Positions 10,662-23,560 of a stretch of DNA of 64,000 bases are shown here, in pieces. Under the pieces are notes generated by a model. It was not told the DNA's origin and ran no database searches. It saw nothing but the letters and a program-made list of their open reading frames with translations. Location of the stretch: assembly GCA_951406725.2 (NCBI GenBank), contig OX597823.1, forward strand, positions 33,666,001 through 33,730,000, written 5' to 3'. How positions within the stretch are numbered: the first letter of the stretch is position 1; each line of letters begins with the position of its first letter. Source of the stretch: Octopus vulgaris. Taxonomy: Eukaryota. Position numbers and translations under genes: made by a program.

Positions 10662-11949
10662 TAGATAGATAGATAGATAGATATATACACACACACAATG
10701 AAACTATATAGAGGTAACATATACATATATTCACTTCTATATTACACAATAAATACATTCTTAAATAACAGTATGTATACACACACACACATCCTGTCTC
10801 ATAATGTTATATAAATAGCCTCCGTATAATGAAGCAGCAGATAGTTATTGGTGATGAGTTGACGCCATGAAGTATAGAATTGCCCAGCAAGTTGGCTTTT
10901 GACAGTCAATCTCTGGTAAGAAATAAGCCATTTGGTTTTGATGACCATCGCTGACCTTCAATTTCTTCAAAGACAGCAGCTCAACTGTTGAATTAATCAC
11001 AGACACGCACCAAAGAAGTAAAAACATATAAACATACATTAAGGATTCATGAAAGAAACTGCTAATGGCTTGTTTCAGCAATAATTAGAGCAAAGGATTA
11101 ATGGAAACTTATCAAGCTTCATTGTGAAGTCTTCGATACGTAAAAGTAGGATTTAGAAAAAGAGACTGAAGTTTAATGGGAGAAGCTTGTCGTATAGAAA
11201 GCTGCAAACAATCAGATGGAATAACGTTCAAATAAGTGTGTTGGTTAAATTAGTCAATCACTGTGTACTTCACACACACACACACGCGTATGCATATACA
11301 TACACACACGCGTATGCATATACATACACACACACATATGCATATACATACACACGCACAAACATACACACACACACACAAACACACTCATGCATACACA
11401 TTCACACACATGCACACACACTCATATACATACATGCTCTTTTTCTCTTTCTCTTTGTCCCTCACTTTCTCTCTCCCTTTTACTTTCTCTTTCACTCTCT
11501 ATCTCTTTGTCTCTTCCTCTTTCTCTCTCTCATTCTCCCTCTTTCTTTCCCTCTCTCACTCTCTCATCTACATTGACAAATTCATGATAAAATCGCAGAG
11601 TGTCTTCTTCAAAAGCTGTACTCTTAAATTATTCACAAATCTCCATAAACAGCCTAACTGAAGTATTTCTACTTTGATAATTCCAGCCAGAGAATGGTAG
11701 TCCAGCATTAGCAGACATTCGACCATTGCTTGGCACTGAATAATTACTTAACATGTTAATTGAAGGGGAAAATCGTTTTGAAAGGTGTTTCCCCCGATCC
11801 TCTTCAATCTCCTTTACAATCCCTCTTTGTGTGTGTGTGCATGCGCGTGTTTATGTATATATTCATATCTCATCATCGTCATCATCATTTAATGTCCATT
11901 TTCCATGCTGGCATAGGTTGGATGGTTTGACAGGAGCTGGTAAGGCCGG

Positions 11950-12991
11950 GAACCAGGGCCAGAAGCTGATAAAGAAAAGGAGGCTCTGGAAGCTCAAAGA
12001 TCCTTCAAACGGGCTGAGATTTCGAGATGTTCTTAATGAAATCTTTGATGAAAAGGTGGAAGAGATAGAAACTTTCAATGTAGAGGACAACTAGAAGTTC
12101 TTGCGGAATGTTCTTCTGAAGGCAACAGACCAAATCTGTGGTCGGAGCAAAGCTTCTTATTTCTTTATTGCCCACAAGGAGCTAAACACAGAGAGGACAA
12201 ACAAGGACAGACAAAGGGATTACATTGATTACATCGACCCCAGTGTGTAACTGGTACTTAGTTTATCGACCCTGAAAGGATGAAAGGTAAAGTCGACCTC
12301 GGTGGAATTTGAACTCAGAACATAAAGACAGATGAAATACCGCTAAGCATTTCACCTGGTGTGTTAATGTTTCTGCCAGCTCACCACCAGCTTGCCTTCA
12401 GAGCAAAGCTTCTGCCAGACAAAGGGTGATGTAGTGGTGGAACAGTGATGCTGACAGGACCATGAAACAGATGAGACAGGTTTGGAAAGAATGGAAAAAT
12501 GGGAGTAGCAAAGAATTGTATCAGAAAGCTAAAAGGGAAGCTAAACGTCAGGTTTATGTATCTAGAGCAGAAGCAGAAAAGAAGAGATTTGCCAATGTCC
12601 TAAAGCTTGAAGATTGCAGGCTTGGAGTGTTCCAGATTGCTAGACACTGTATCAGAATGAATTGAGATGTTGTGAGTGAGAAGTATGGATGGATGGATAA
12701 GGGTATGCTTAGTGATTCTGACAAGAAAGAGGCATGGAAGAGTCACTGTGCAAGGCTGTTAAATGTGGAGAATGAATGGGATAAAAGAAGTCTCCCTTGT
12801 GTGAACCCAGCAGAAGGCCCATCTGTCCACTACCATACCATCTGTCCTAGTGGACAGATGGTATGGTAGATAAGGCAGTAAAAGATATGAAAACAGGGAA
12901 AGTCCTTGGCCCTACTGAGATGCTCAAAATATCTTGCGGAGTAGGATATGGGCTAGTCACCTGCTTAGTTATTACCAGTTTATTGAGGAAG
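11950..12991 (+). mobile_element. Decayed RTE LINE (copy 1, cut by the gap)
   Basis: Same sequence as 18209-19250. Confidence 0.85.
12158..12400 (-). mobile_element. SINE family B inserted in RTE, 13-bp TSD
   Basis: TSD gagcaaagcttct at 12145-12157 and 12401-12413. Confidence 0.9.
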
Positions 12992-13091
12992 NNNNNNNNN
13001 NNNNNNNNNNNNNNNNNNNNNNNNNNNNNNNNNNNNNNNNNNNNNNNNNNNNNNNNNNNNNNNNNNNNNNNNNNNNNNNNNNNNNNNNNNN
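12992..13091. other. Assembly gap (100 N)
   Basis: Exactly 100 N, a typical placeholder for a gap of unknown length. Confidence 0.99.
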
Positions 13092-14555
13092 CATCTAATG
13101 AGTTATCTGGTACTTTTATATCTCACAGATCCTTATTTCAGTCTGTGAATCATGTCATTCTAGAGATCCATGAAGGAAGCCAAATGTATCAACATGAATT
13201 AATTAAATCCTATGGAGGAATACTTCGCTCTTCCTATTCTTGGCATCGATAAAACATCGTACCAGTCAAGAACATTGATTTCAAAGTGATTTAAATTAAA
13301 ACTTACCATCAAAATTTCATGTTAATTTATGTTCCAATTACAAATCTAATAATGATGAAATTATTTTATTAAATTCTTCATTATTTTCAATATTTATTGA
13401 AACAAACATAGCATAGATTAATAGAAATATGGTACCAAAAAGGTTAATTAGATATGATAGAGAATAAAAGAATAATGTAGAGCTATGAAGACAAAATCCC
13501 ATAGAATGAATTATTGTGTCATTTAGACATGGATAAGAATGGTAAAGAATGGTTGAATGTGGTAGAACTGTGAAGACAGAACTCTATGAATCAATTACTA
13601 AATTGTTTAGACATGACAGAGAATGGTTAAAATCAGGTGGAATTATGAAGACAGAACTCTACTTTAATATCTAGTTGGTTACAGAGAATCTCGCTTTGTT
13701 CTGTTGGGGTAAAAAGATAAAAGTTAGTTTAAAATGTTAAAGAAATGGTTGAGTGAACAGTGAATAGGAGGTAACAAGCATTTACAATGCCTGCAACGAT
13801 AACTTTGGTGAAAAGAGATGTTAAGTAAGATCTAAAGGAGTATAAAAGACATATCTGAAGATATCTGAAGTAAATCTTAAGAGAAGTATTAATACTTGAG
13901 ACAATGAGGTTTGACACTATTTGATGATATCAGTGTTATGTTGGAGGTCCTCACATCTCTTAACGCTCTATTGTAATACAACAACAACAACAATAAAGGA
14001 ATTTGACAAACTCAGTAAATATAAGGGTCTGGAAATTGAAATACAAAAGATGTGGCATCTTAAAGCAAAAATTGTTTCTGTTATTGTAGGTGCCCTAGGT
14101 ATGATTAAAAAAAAGGGATGTTAGAAGCATCTAGATAACATCCCAGGAGAACCATGTTTCAAAGAAACCCAAAAGATTGTGCTGACAAGTGCTGCTCACA
14201 TCCTTAGAAAAACTATCAATTTAAATGTCTCTGTTGTATTACATGGAAATATTTCACTACTGCCACTGGCACTTCCCTCCCCAAGTTTTCAGTCATACTG
14301 TAACATCTTTTATCCTTCACTCACCCTAGGACACTCTAGTGTGTCTTAGCAAGTGATTCCAACAAATGTGAAGATTAAACGTGAATAACAACAACAACAA
14401 CAACAATAATAATAATAATAATAATAATCCAAACAGATCAGGTGCTTGAGCATAACAGACTGGACCTAGTAGTGGTGGACAAGGTGCACCACATGTGCTA
14501 TATGGTTGGTGTTGTGTGCCTCTTTGACCCATGAAATAGTCATGAAGGAAGGTGA

Positions 14556-14602
<47 letters not shown>

Positions 14603-14959
14603 CAACCCTCTTAAGTATGAAATAGCCCGGTTATGGAAAATGAAGAAAAGGAAGATAGTGCCAATTACTGTTAGGTCCTTGGGGACAGTATCAGAGGGCG
14701 TCAAGGGGAATATAAAGGAAATTGGAATAGAGTGCCCAGTAGAACTGTTACAAAGGGTTTGCCTCCTTGGCATGGCCAGAATAATTGAAAAGAACAGATA
14801 GCATGGTACCTTAGGCTGCAGGTAGTAGGCCTGCTATGCATACATGTCTCCAGGTGTTCTAACAACAAAACTTGAGTTGAAAATAATAATGATAATGATA
14901 ATAATAATAACAATAATAACAATAATAATAATAATAATAATAATAATAATCATAATAAC

Positions 14960-15033
<74 letters not shown>

Positions 15034-16173
15034 AATTGAGAAAATGTGGCATCTCAAGGCGGTTACAATACCAGTGATCGTAGGAGCACTAGGAATGATC
15101 AAGAAGGGAACCGAAAATTATATGAGAATGATCCCTGGCTTACCATCCCTGCAAGAAGTGCAAAAGATTGTCTTAACTGGTACATCACACGTATTGAGAA
15201 GAGCATTGTCGATGTGAGAACTGTTGCTGCTCATGTATTTTAATTTAACTTTAAAAAAAAAAAAAAATATGAACGAACTACTGAGTTTGGTTTAATGGCC
15301 TACCAATATACACTATGAGTTTCTTTGCCCTAGGAGTCGGGAAGACACTCGGCAAGAAATGGAAGAAAATTTGAAAGAAGAAAAAAAAAGTAATAATAAT
15401 AATAATAATAATAAAGCCTTGTGAGTAGATTTGGTAGATGGAAACAGAAAGAAGCTTGTCATATACATGTGTGTGTGTCTGTGTTTGTCCCTCCAACATC
15501 ACTTGACAACTGATGCTAGTGTGTTTACATCCCCGTAACTTAGCAGTTCAGCAAAAGAAACCAATAGAATAAGTACTAGGCTTACAAAGAATAAGTCCTG
15601 GGGTCGATTTTTCGACTAAAGGCAGTGCTCCAGCATGGCCACAGACAAATGACTTAAACAAAAGAATATGTGTGTGTGTCTATGTGTGTATATACATATA
15701 TATATATGTGTGTGTGTATGTGTGTGTGTATATATATATATATATACTTGTAATGTAAGGATAAATTTTTATTAAAAGATTTTATCAGTGGCCAGCATAC
15801 GAAAAAATACCTTTTAAGGTGAAAATTATAAATATAATTATAAATAAGGGCAAAAAGAGAAAAATTTCTTTGCCAATATGCTGAAAAATAGACACTAAAT
15901 CTTCTAAACACATAAAACATTTTCACTTATTTTATTACACCACGTGTCAAAACGAGGAAAGCAAGCTAACAGAAATTCATAAAAATTCATAAAACTATAT
16001 TTTTATGAATTTCAATTAGCTTACTTTCCTCGTTTCAACCCGTGCTGTAATAATATAAGTGAATATATTTTATGTGGTTAGACAATTTAGCATCTATTTT
16101 TCAGCATATTCTTTTCTACTTTATTTTTCAGCATATCGGCACAGATATTCTTTTCTGTTTGCCCTTATCTTTA

Positions 16174-16213
<40 letters not shown>

Positions 16214-16755
16214 TATATCCTCATCATTGTCTTTCAACGTCTGCTATCCATGCTGGCATGGATTGGATGGTTTGACTGAGGGCTGGCAAGCCAGAAGGCT
16301 GCACCAGGCTCCAATCTGATCTGGCAAAGTTTCTACAGCTGGATACCCTTCCTCACGCCAACCACTCCGAGAGTGTAGAGGGTACGTTTTTCATGCCACC
16401 AGCATGGGACCAGTCAGGTGGCAGTCGCATCAACCATATTTGAATGGTGCTTTTTACATGCCACCGGCATGGCTGCCAATCAGGCAGTACTGGTATTGGC
16501 CATGACACTGATGTCAGTTGACTCAACAGGTGTTTGCAAAGTGCAGTTTATTGTCCAATGATTGCAGGTTACTCTTAAATGGGCTGGTTATACTGCACTG
16601 GCATAGGCCACAGTTATGGTTTCACTTAGAAGGATATATAGTTGTAACATAGTTGTAGTTACAACTATGATGTTGTTGTCTATCTACTTATCCTCTTGGA
16701 GATTTTAGGTAAAATTATACTAATGTGTCCTAATTTAATTAAATTCTATATCTTT

Positions 16756-16844
16756 GTGCAGCTGAAGATTGCTCTACATTTTAAATTGATGTAATGATTG
16801 CATTATTCAATTAAATGGAGTCGCATGAAACGATCGTACTGCAT
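16756..16844 (+). ncRNA. Duplicate of hammerhead candidate H2
   Basis: Identical to 10495-10583; predicted cleavage after 16838. Confidence 0.7.
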
Positions 16845-16874
16845 TACCTCTGGATATCCTTGTTGCTTATTTTG

Positions 16875-16920
<46 letters not shown>

Positions 16921-18208
16921 TAGATAGATAGATAGATAGATATATACACACACACAATGAAACTATATAGAGGTAACATATACATATATTCACTTCTATA
17001 TTACACAATAAATACATTCTTAAATAACAGTATGTATACACACACACACATCCTGTCTCATAATGTTATATAAATAGCCTCCGTATAATGAAGCAGCAGA
17101 TAGTTATTGGTGATGAGTTGACGCCATGAAGTATAGAATTGCCCAGCAAGTTGGCTTTTGACAGTCAATCTCTGGTAAGAAATAAGCCATTTGGTTTTGA
17201 TGACCATCGCTGACCTTCAATTTCTTCAAAGACAGCAGCTCAACTGTTGAATTAATCACAGACACGCACCAAAGAAGTAAAAACATATAAACATACATTA
17301 AGGATTCATGAAAGAAACTGCTAATGGCTTGTTTCAGCAATAATTAGAGCAAAGGATTAATGGAAACTTATCAAGCTTCATTGTGAAGTCTTCGATACGT
17401 AAAAGTAGGATTTAGAAAAAGAGACTGAAGTTTAATGGGAGAAGCTTGTCGTATAGAAAGCTGCAAACAATCAGATGGAATAACGTTCAAATAAGTGTGT
17501 TGGTTAAATTAGTCAATCACTGTGTACTTCACACACACACACGCGCGTATGCATATACATACACACACGCGTATGCATATACATACACACACACATATGC
17601 ATATACATACACACACACAAACATACACACACACACACAAACACACTCATGCATACACATTCACACACATGCACACACACTCATATACATACATGCTCTT
17701 TTTCTCTTTCTCTTTGTCCCTCACTTTCTCTCTCCCTTTTTCTTTCTCTTTCACTCTCTATCTCTTTGTCTCTTCCTCTTTCTCTCTCTCATTCTCCCTC
17801 TTTCTTTCCCTCTCTCACTCTCTCATCTACATTGACAAATTCATGATAAAATCGCAGAGTGTCTTCTTCAAAAGCTGTACTCTTAAATTATTCACAAATC
17901 TCCATAAACAGCCTAACTGAAGTATTTCTACTTTGATAATTCCAGCCAGAGAATGGTAGTCCAGCATTAGCAGACATTCGACCATTGCTTGGCACTGAAT
18001 AATTACTTAACATGTTAATTGAAGGGGAAAATCGTTTTGAAAGGTGTTTCCCCCGATCCTCTTCAATCTCCTTTACAATCCCTCTTTGTGTGTGTGTGCA
18101 TGCGCGTGTTTATGTATATATTCATATCTCATCATCGTCATCATCATTTAATGTCCATTTTCCATGCTGGCATAGGTTGGATGGTTTGACAGGAGCTGGT
18201 AAGGCCGG

Positions 18209-19927
18209 GAACCAGGGCCAGAAGCTGATAAAGAAAAGGAGGCTCTGGAAGCTCAAAGATCCTTCAAACGGGCTGAGATTTCGAGATGTTCTTAATGAAA
18301 TCTTTGATGAAAAGGTGGAAGAGATAGAAACTTTCAATGTAGAGGACAACTGGAAGTTCTTGCGGGATGTTCTTCTGAAGGCAACAGACCAAATCTGTGG
18401 TCGGAGCAAAGCTTCTTATTTCTTTATTGCCCACAAGGAGCTAAACACAGAGAGGACAAACAAGGACAGACAAAGGGATTACATTGATTACATCGACCCC
18501 AGTGTGTAACTGGTACTTAGTTTATCGACCCTGAAAGGATGAAAGGTAAAGTCGACCTCGGTGGAATTTGAACTCAGAACATAAAGACAGATGAAATACC
18601 GCTAAGCATTTCACCTGGTGTGTTAATGTTTCTGCCAGCTCACCACCAGCTTGCCTTCAGAGCAAAGCTTCTGCCAGACAAAGGGTGATGTAGTGGTGGA
18701 ACAGTGATGCTGACAGGACCATGAAACAGATGAGACAGGTTTGGAAAGAATGGAAAAATGGGAGTAGCAAAGAATTGTATCAGAAAGCTAAAAGGGAAGC
18801 TAAACGTCAGGTTTATGTATCTAGAGCAGAAGCAGAAAAGAAGAGATTTGCCAATGTCCTAAAGCTTGAAGATTGCAGGCTTGGAGTGTTCCAGATTGCT
18901 AGACACTGTATCAGAATGAATTGAGATGTTGTGAGTGAGAAGTATGGATGGATGGATAAGGGTATGCTTAGTGATTCTGACAAGAAAGAGGCATGGAAGA
19001 GTCACTGTGCAAGGCTGTTAAATGTGGAGAATGAATGGGATAAAAGAAGTCTCCCTTGTGTGAACCCAGCAGAAGGCCCATCTGTCCACTACCATACCAT
19101 CTGTCCTAGTGGACAGATGGTATGGTAGATAAGGCAGTAAAAGATATGAAAACAGGGAAAGTCCTTGGCCCTACTGAGATGCTCAAAATATCTTGCGGAG
19201 TAGGATATGGGCTAGTCACCTGCTTAGTTATTACCAGTTTATTGAGGAAGGTGCAATCCCCAGTAACTGGTGTAGCAGCATTATAGTTAGCTGTTCCAAG
19301 GGTAAGGGAGAAGCTTTTGACAGAAGCAGTTATAGACACATTAAACTCCTGGACAAGGTGATGAAAATTATGGAGAGTTTTAGCCCAATTAATTAGGAGC
19401 AGAATGAGGCCAGACGAAATGCAATTTGGTTTTGTCCTGGGGAGAAGCCCTACTGACACTAGATTCAAGGGGAAATACTTAGCATTCATTGATCTAGAGA
19501 AAGCCTTCAATAGAATACCCTGCTGTGTGATATGGTGGGCACTGAAGCAGCCAGGGGTAGATAAGTGGCTGGTGAAAGCTGTACAGGTCATGTACAGAGA
19601 TGCTGTTGGTAAGGTGAGAGTTAACAGTGAATACAGTAAAGAATTTGGTGTGCAGATAGGCATTCATCAAGGACCAGTCCACAGTCCCTTTTCAGCATTG
19701 TCCCCTAGGCCATAACAGAGGAAATCAGGACTGGCATCCATTGGGAACTATTATATACTGATGATCTTACTCTCATAGCAGATTGTATATTAGAGCTAGA
19801 AAAGAAATTCCAGGTGTGGAAGCAAAACCTAGAATCTAAGGGTCTTGACATAAACTTAGCAAAGACTAAGATTTTAGTAGGTAAGAAAACAGACAAAATC
19901 TTACTCCACTTCAGGTAAATGGCCATG
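18209..19927 (+). mobile_element. Decayed RTE-clade LINE, reverse transcriptase region
   Basis: QFGFVLGRSPTD, AFIDLEKAFNRIP, VIWWALK, GIHQG..SP, WELLYTDDL (YADD box), GLDINLAKTKIL, SGKWPC. Many frameshifts and stops. Confidence 0.9.
18417..18659 (-). mobile_element. SINE family B (tRNA head, gcctttcatcctttcggggtcgataaa central domain), 13-bp TSD
   Basis: TSD gagcaaagcttct at 18404-18416 and 18660-18672; box B gagttcaaattcc on the minus strand. Confidence 0.9.
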
Positions 19928-20559
19928 CCGGTGCAGTTTCATGTCTTTCTCAATCACACCCCACACATAGTAACCCATGGAATTATAATCGGGAGATTTA
20001 GGAGGCCAGTAACTGGGACTAGTGAAGTCATAGAAATTCTCCAACAATCACTTTTGACTTTTTCTGGAGATATGGCAAGGAGTCAAACCCTGCTGCCGTA
20101 CATATGGCATTCTAGCAACAACCCACTACAGCCAGGGATTGACCATAGTTTCCCAGCAGCTTCACATAATCACCTAAATTGAGCCTGAGGCTTTATTCAA
20201 AGATGAGTGGGGTGGCATGATGTCGCCTTCATTGGAGATGCTCTAAAAGGCCATCAGAGTTTTGGGGAATCTGGTTTTTTATGACATCCATGTCATGCTT
20301 TAACAGCCTTTGCAGTGTTCACAGAATCTTGAGCAGCAGTCATGATGTTGGTATTTTGATATCCAGCATGAATCACCGTGACACAGGTAACTCTTTTCCA
20401 ATATTTAAATGGCTTCCAGTCCTCCATGTCATCTCATTTTTTCTCAAACACAAATTTAATCTTTATGCTCTCCAATTCTGTAGACTGTTCACCAATACAT
20501 CAAGCTGTTCTCAGTAAAAAGAAGAAATATGAATAGTAAAATTTAACCTGGGCACCTTG
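19928..20559 (-). mobile_element. Tc1/mariner DD37D (maT-like) transposon remnant, internally deleted
   Basis: Minus strand KTRFPKTLMAF*SISNEGDIMPPH...YVRQQGLTPCHISRKSQK*LLENFYDFTSPSYWPPKSPDYNSMGYYVWGVIEK, with 37 residues between the 2nd and 3rd catalytic positions. Terminus TA-caaggtgcccagg at 20559. Confidence 0.85.
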
Positions 20560-20563
20560 TATG

Positions 20564-20634
<71 letters not shown>

Positions 20635-20738
20635 ATGTATATATATAATGTACTGATACATTCAACAAAAAAAGTACTCCATCTGATGAGAGATTACTAT
20701 TATTTATTTAAAGGTCACAGTACACAATACATGTATTA

Positions 20739-20939
20739 AAGCACTACTAATGGTTTCATATGTTGAGAGAACACAAACATATTGTTCAGGCACAAACTAC
20801 ATATCATAACGAACTAAAGAAATTCTTAATTTTTTCGCATTTCTTCTCTAGTTCAATTTTTTTAGTTCGTTATGATATGTGGTTGTGCCTGAAGAATATG
20901 TTTGAGTTCTCTCTGCATATGAAACTATTAGCAGTGCTT
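20739..20939. mobile_element. Tail-out inverted pair with a hammerhead-like motif on each strand (family H3)
   Basis: Arms of about 80 bp. Plus 20885-20937: gtgc-CTGAAGA-atatg...catat-GAAA-cta-t-tag-cA-gtgc. The minus copy keeps GUA but has CTGAACA. Confidence 0.65.
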
Positions 20940-20947
20940 ATATATAT

Positions 20948-21019
<72 letters not shown>

Positions 21020-21222
21020 AAAATGCTAAACCACTGGTTTTAATTGATTAATATCAATTTCTACCCTTATTTAATTTTATATATATATATGTGTGTGTTT
21101 ATATATAGAGGGATTATATACATGCCAGAAGGCATTATACATACATGCCAAACCTGTGTTAGTGAGGTTCTTACGTATCTACCTGACAATTTCTTGTTAA
21201 GTTTTCCTTATTAAGTAGTTGT

Positions 21223-21259
<37 letters not shown>

Positions 21260-21332
21260 TTATTATATATATATATATATATATATACATACACACACAT
21301 ATATATATATACATACATAAACATAAATATGC

Positions 21333-21369
<37 letters not shown>

Positions 21370-21375
<6 letters not shown>

Positions 21376-21528
21376 GAATTTACAAAAAAACAAAAGACGA
21401 AGACAGGTGTGTAAACAACAAACAGATGTATTAGTTTAACGCTCGGGAAGTGAGAAAGTCTTTTAAGTTTCAAGCTTATGTTCTTCGACAGAAAGGAACA
21501 CAGAAATAAACAGGGAGAGAAAATAGAA
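21370..21528 (-). mobile_element. Family D repeat
   Basis: Homology to other copies; core CTGTCGA; (TA)n on both sides. Confidence 0.7.
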
Positions 21529-21600
21529 TATATATATATATATATACCTATACATACATGTATATATACTTACACACACACACACACATTTATATATATG

Positions 21601-21668
<68 letters not shown>

Positions 21669-21670
<2 letters not shown>

Positions 21671-21861
21671 GCGAGAATTCACAAAAAACCAAAAGATGAA
21701 GAAAGGTAGTGTAGACAACAAACAGATGTATTGGTTTAATGCATGGGAGGTGAAAAAGTCTTTAACGTTTTGAGCCTATGCTCTTCCACGGAATGGAACA
21801 TAGAAAGAAACAAGGAGAGAAAATAAAGAATGTGTAGTCGCTAGCGATCTATCATGGCGAA
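21669..21861 (-). mobile_element. Family D repeat
   Basis: Homology to other copies; (TA)n flanks. Confidence 0.7.
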
Positions 21862-21986
21862 TATATATTTATATATACATGTATATATAAATATATATAT
21901 GTATGTATATATCGTTTTGGGGATCACCAATACTTTATTATGTCCCCATCTTTCTAACTCTCCTGTCTGACTACCTCTGTCCAGCC

Positions 21987-22176
21987 AATTGCCATGATTG
22001 ACAGCTTGCCTCTAAAGCATTTTTTGTTCTCTCTGTGTTTATTTCCTCGTGTTCCTTTCTGTTGAAGATCATAGGCTCAAAACATAAATGACTTTCTCAC
22101 CTTTCCGACCATTAAACTAATACACCTGCTTGTTGTTTATACACCTGTCTTTGTCTTTTGTTTTTCTGTAAATTCC

Positions 22177-22181
<5 letters not shown>
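21987..22181 (+). mobile_element. Family D repeat, head-to-head with the previous copy
   Basis: cttt-CTGTTGA-a-gatc-atag-gctc-aAAA-caTA; ends in (TA)n. Confidence 0.7.
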
Positions 22182-22230
<49 letters not shown>

Positions 22231-22314
22231 TTAATTAATAAAAAAAGCAAATATTAGAAAGAAGCACTCTCTAAAAAATAGAGCAGTAACTATTACAACA
22301 AAATTTTGTATAGT

Positions 22315-22398
22315 GTTACCCAAGGTTTGCACCCACAAAGTAAAGCCTTGTGGACAGCTCACAAGGCTTTGCTTTGTGGGTGCGAAACTTTGGGTAAC
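22315..22398. repeat. Hairpin with a stem of about 39 bp and a 7-nt loop
   Basis: gttacccaaggtttgcacccacaaagtaaagccttgtg / cacaaggctttgctttgtgggtgcgaaactttgggtaac. Confidence 0.85.
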
Positions 22399-22401
22399 CC
22401 T

Positions 22402-22525
22402 CCACATGGTTCCGGGTTCAGTCCCACTGCGTGGTACCTTGGGCAAGTGTCTTCTACTATAGCCTCGGGCCGACCAAAGCCTTGTGAGTGGATTTGGTAG
22501 ATGGAAACTGAAAAGAAGCCCGTCG

Positions 22526-22557
<32 letters not shown>

Positions 22558-22778
22558 TGTGTGTGTTTGTGTATCTGTGTTTGTCCCCCTAGCATTGCTT
22601 GACAACCGATGCTGGTGTGTTTATGTCCCCGTTACTTAGCGGTTCGGCAAAAGAGACCGATAGAATGAGTACTGGGCTCACAAAAGAATAAGTCCCGGGG
22701 TCGAGTTGCTCGATTAAAGGCGGTGCTCCAGCATGGCCGCAGTCAAATGACTGAAACAAGTAAAAGAGTAAAAGAGTA
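22402..22778 (+). mobile_element. SINE family A (tRNA-derived, CORE-like), young copy lacking the extreme 5' end
   Basis: Box B-like gggttcagtccc, CORE-like accttgggcaagt, internal (TA)n(TG)n, (taaaagag)n tail; CpGs retained. Confidence 0.9.
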
Positions 22779-22845
22779 TATATATATATATCCACACATT
22801 TATACATACTTACATGCAAAAATACATACATACATATAAGCATGC

Positions 22846-22876
<31 letters not shown>

Positions 22877-23221
22877 CATACATAAATACAAACGTACATA
22901 TATACATGCATACATACAACCAGACTTCCTTAAACACATACATATGACCACATGTATACATCCATACTAAGATATACCATTTCACATGATTCTGTGAGAG
23001 ATAAGATAAATAACAAGTAAGACCAGGTTTTGAGATGTGATGAATCACAACAAACACTAGCTTCAAAGATATGATATATCACAAATAAGGTTAACCTCTG
23101 TGATATGTTATGTCACAACAGAGACCAGCTTCATGGTTCACTAGGAAACTTATGCATGCTTACCGTGTGTGTGTGTGTGCATGTGTGCATATGGTGGCGA
23201 TGGTGATGGTGGTGGAGGAGG

Positions 23222-23560
23222 TAGTTAGTTTAATGTGAATGCTCTCGTTGTAGCTTGAGGCTTCACTCTCTTTACATCAGTACACGAGTGAGTTTAGTGT
23301 AAATATCTTTGCTATAGATTGAAACCTTCTTCACTCTCTCTCTGATTATTTACTTCAGTGTAGGAATGGCTTTAGTGCAGCTGCACCTAATACAGACTGA
23401 AGTCCTCCCCGCCCCCACTTCTCTCCGTCTCTGTAACACTCACCTCTGTACGTGAGTGAGTTCAGTGTGAATCTCCTCTCCACAGATTGAAGCCTCACTC
23501 ACTCACTCTGCACTCATCTCGGTACATAAACAAGGGGAGTTGAGTGTGAATGTTCTCTTA
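23222..23560 (+). repeat. Diverged tandem repeat, about 4 units
   Basis: Recurrent gagtt(t/c/g)agtgt(g/a)aat..ctct...ttga(a/g)(g/a)c(c/t)t motif. Confidence 0.5.

Larger units (their letters stand above)
6836..12991 (+). repeat. Copy 1 of a 6.16-kb near-identical direct duplication
   Basis: Starts catctaatgagttatctgg and ends attgaggaag exactly at the gap. Matches 13092-19250 apart from a few SNPs and microsatellite lengths. Confidence 0.95.
13092..19250 (+). repeat. Copy 2 of the 6.16-kb duplication
   Basis: Begins immediately after the gap with the same bases as position 6836 and continues seamlessly into the RTE RT domain beyond 19250. Confidence 0.95.

Noticed and set aside
6836-19250. 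True biological tandem duplication
   Set aside because: Breakpoints coincide exactly with the scaffold gap and divergence is allele-like, so an artefact is more parsimonious.
19960-20095. Both DD37D catalytic codons reading GGT as a sign of A-to-I editing
   Set aside because: DNA transposons have no RNA intermediate, and two transitions in an old relic are compatible with chance.
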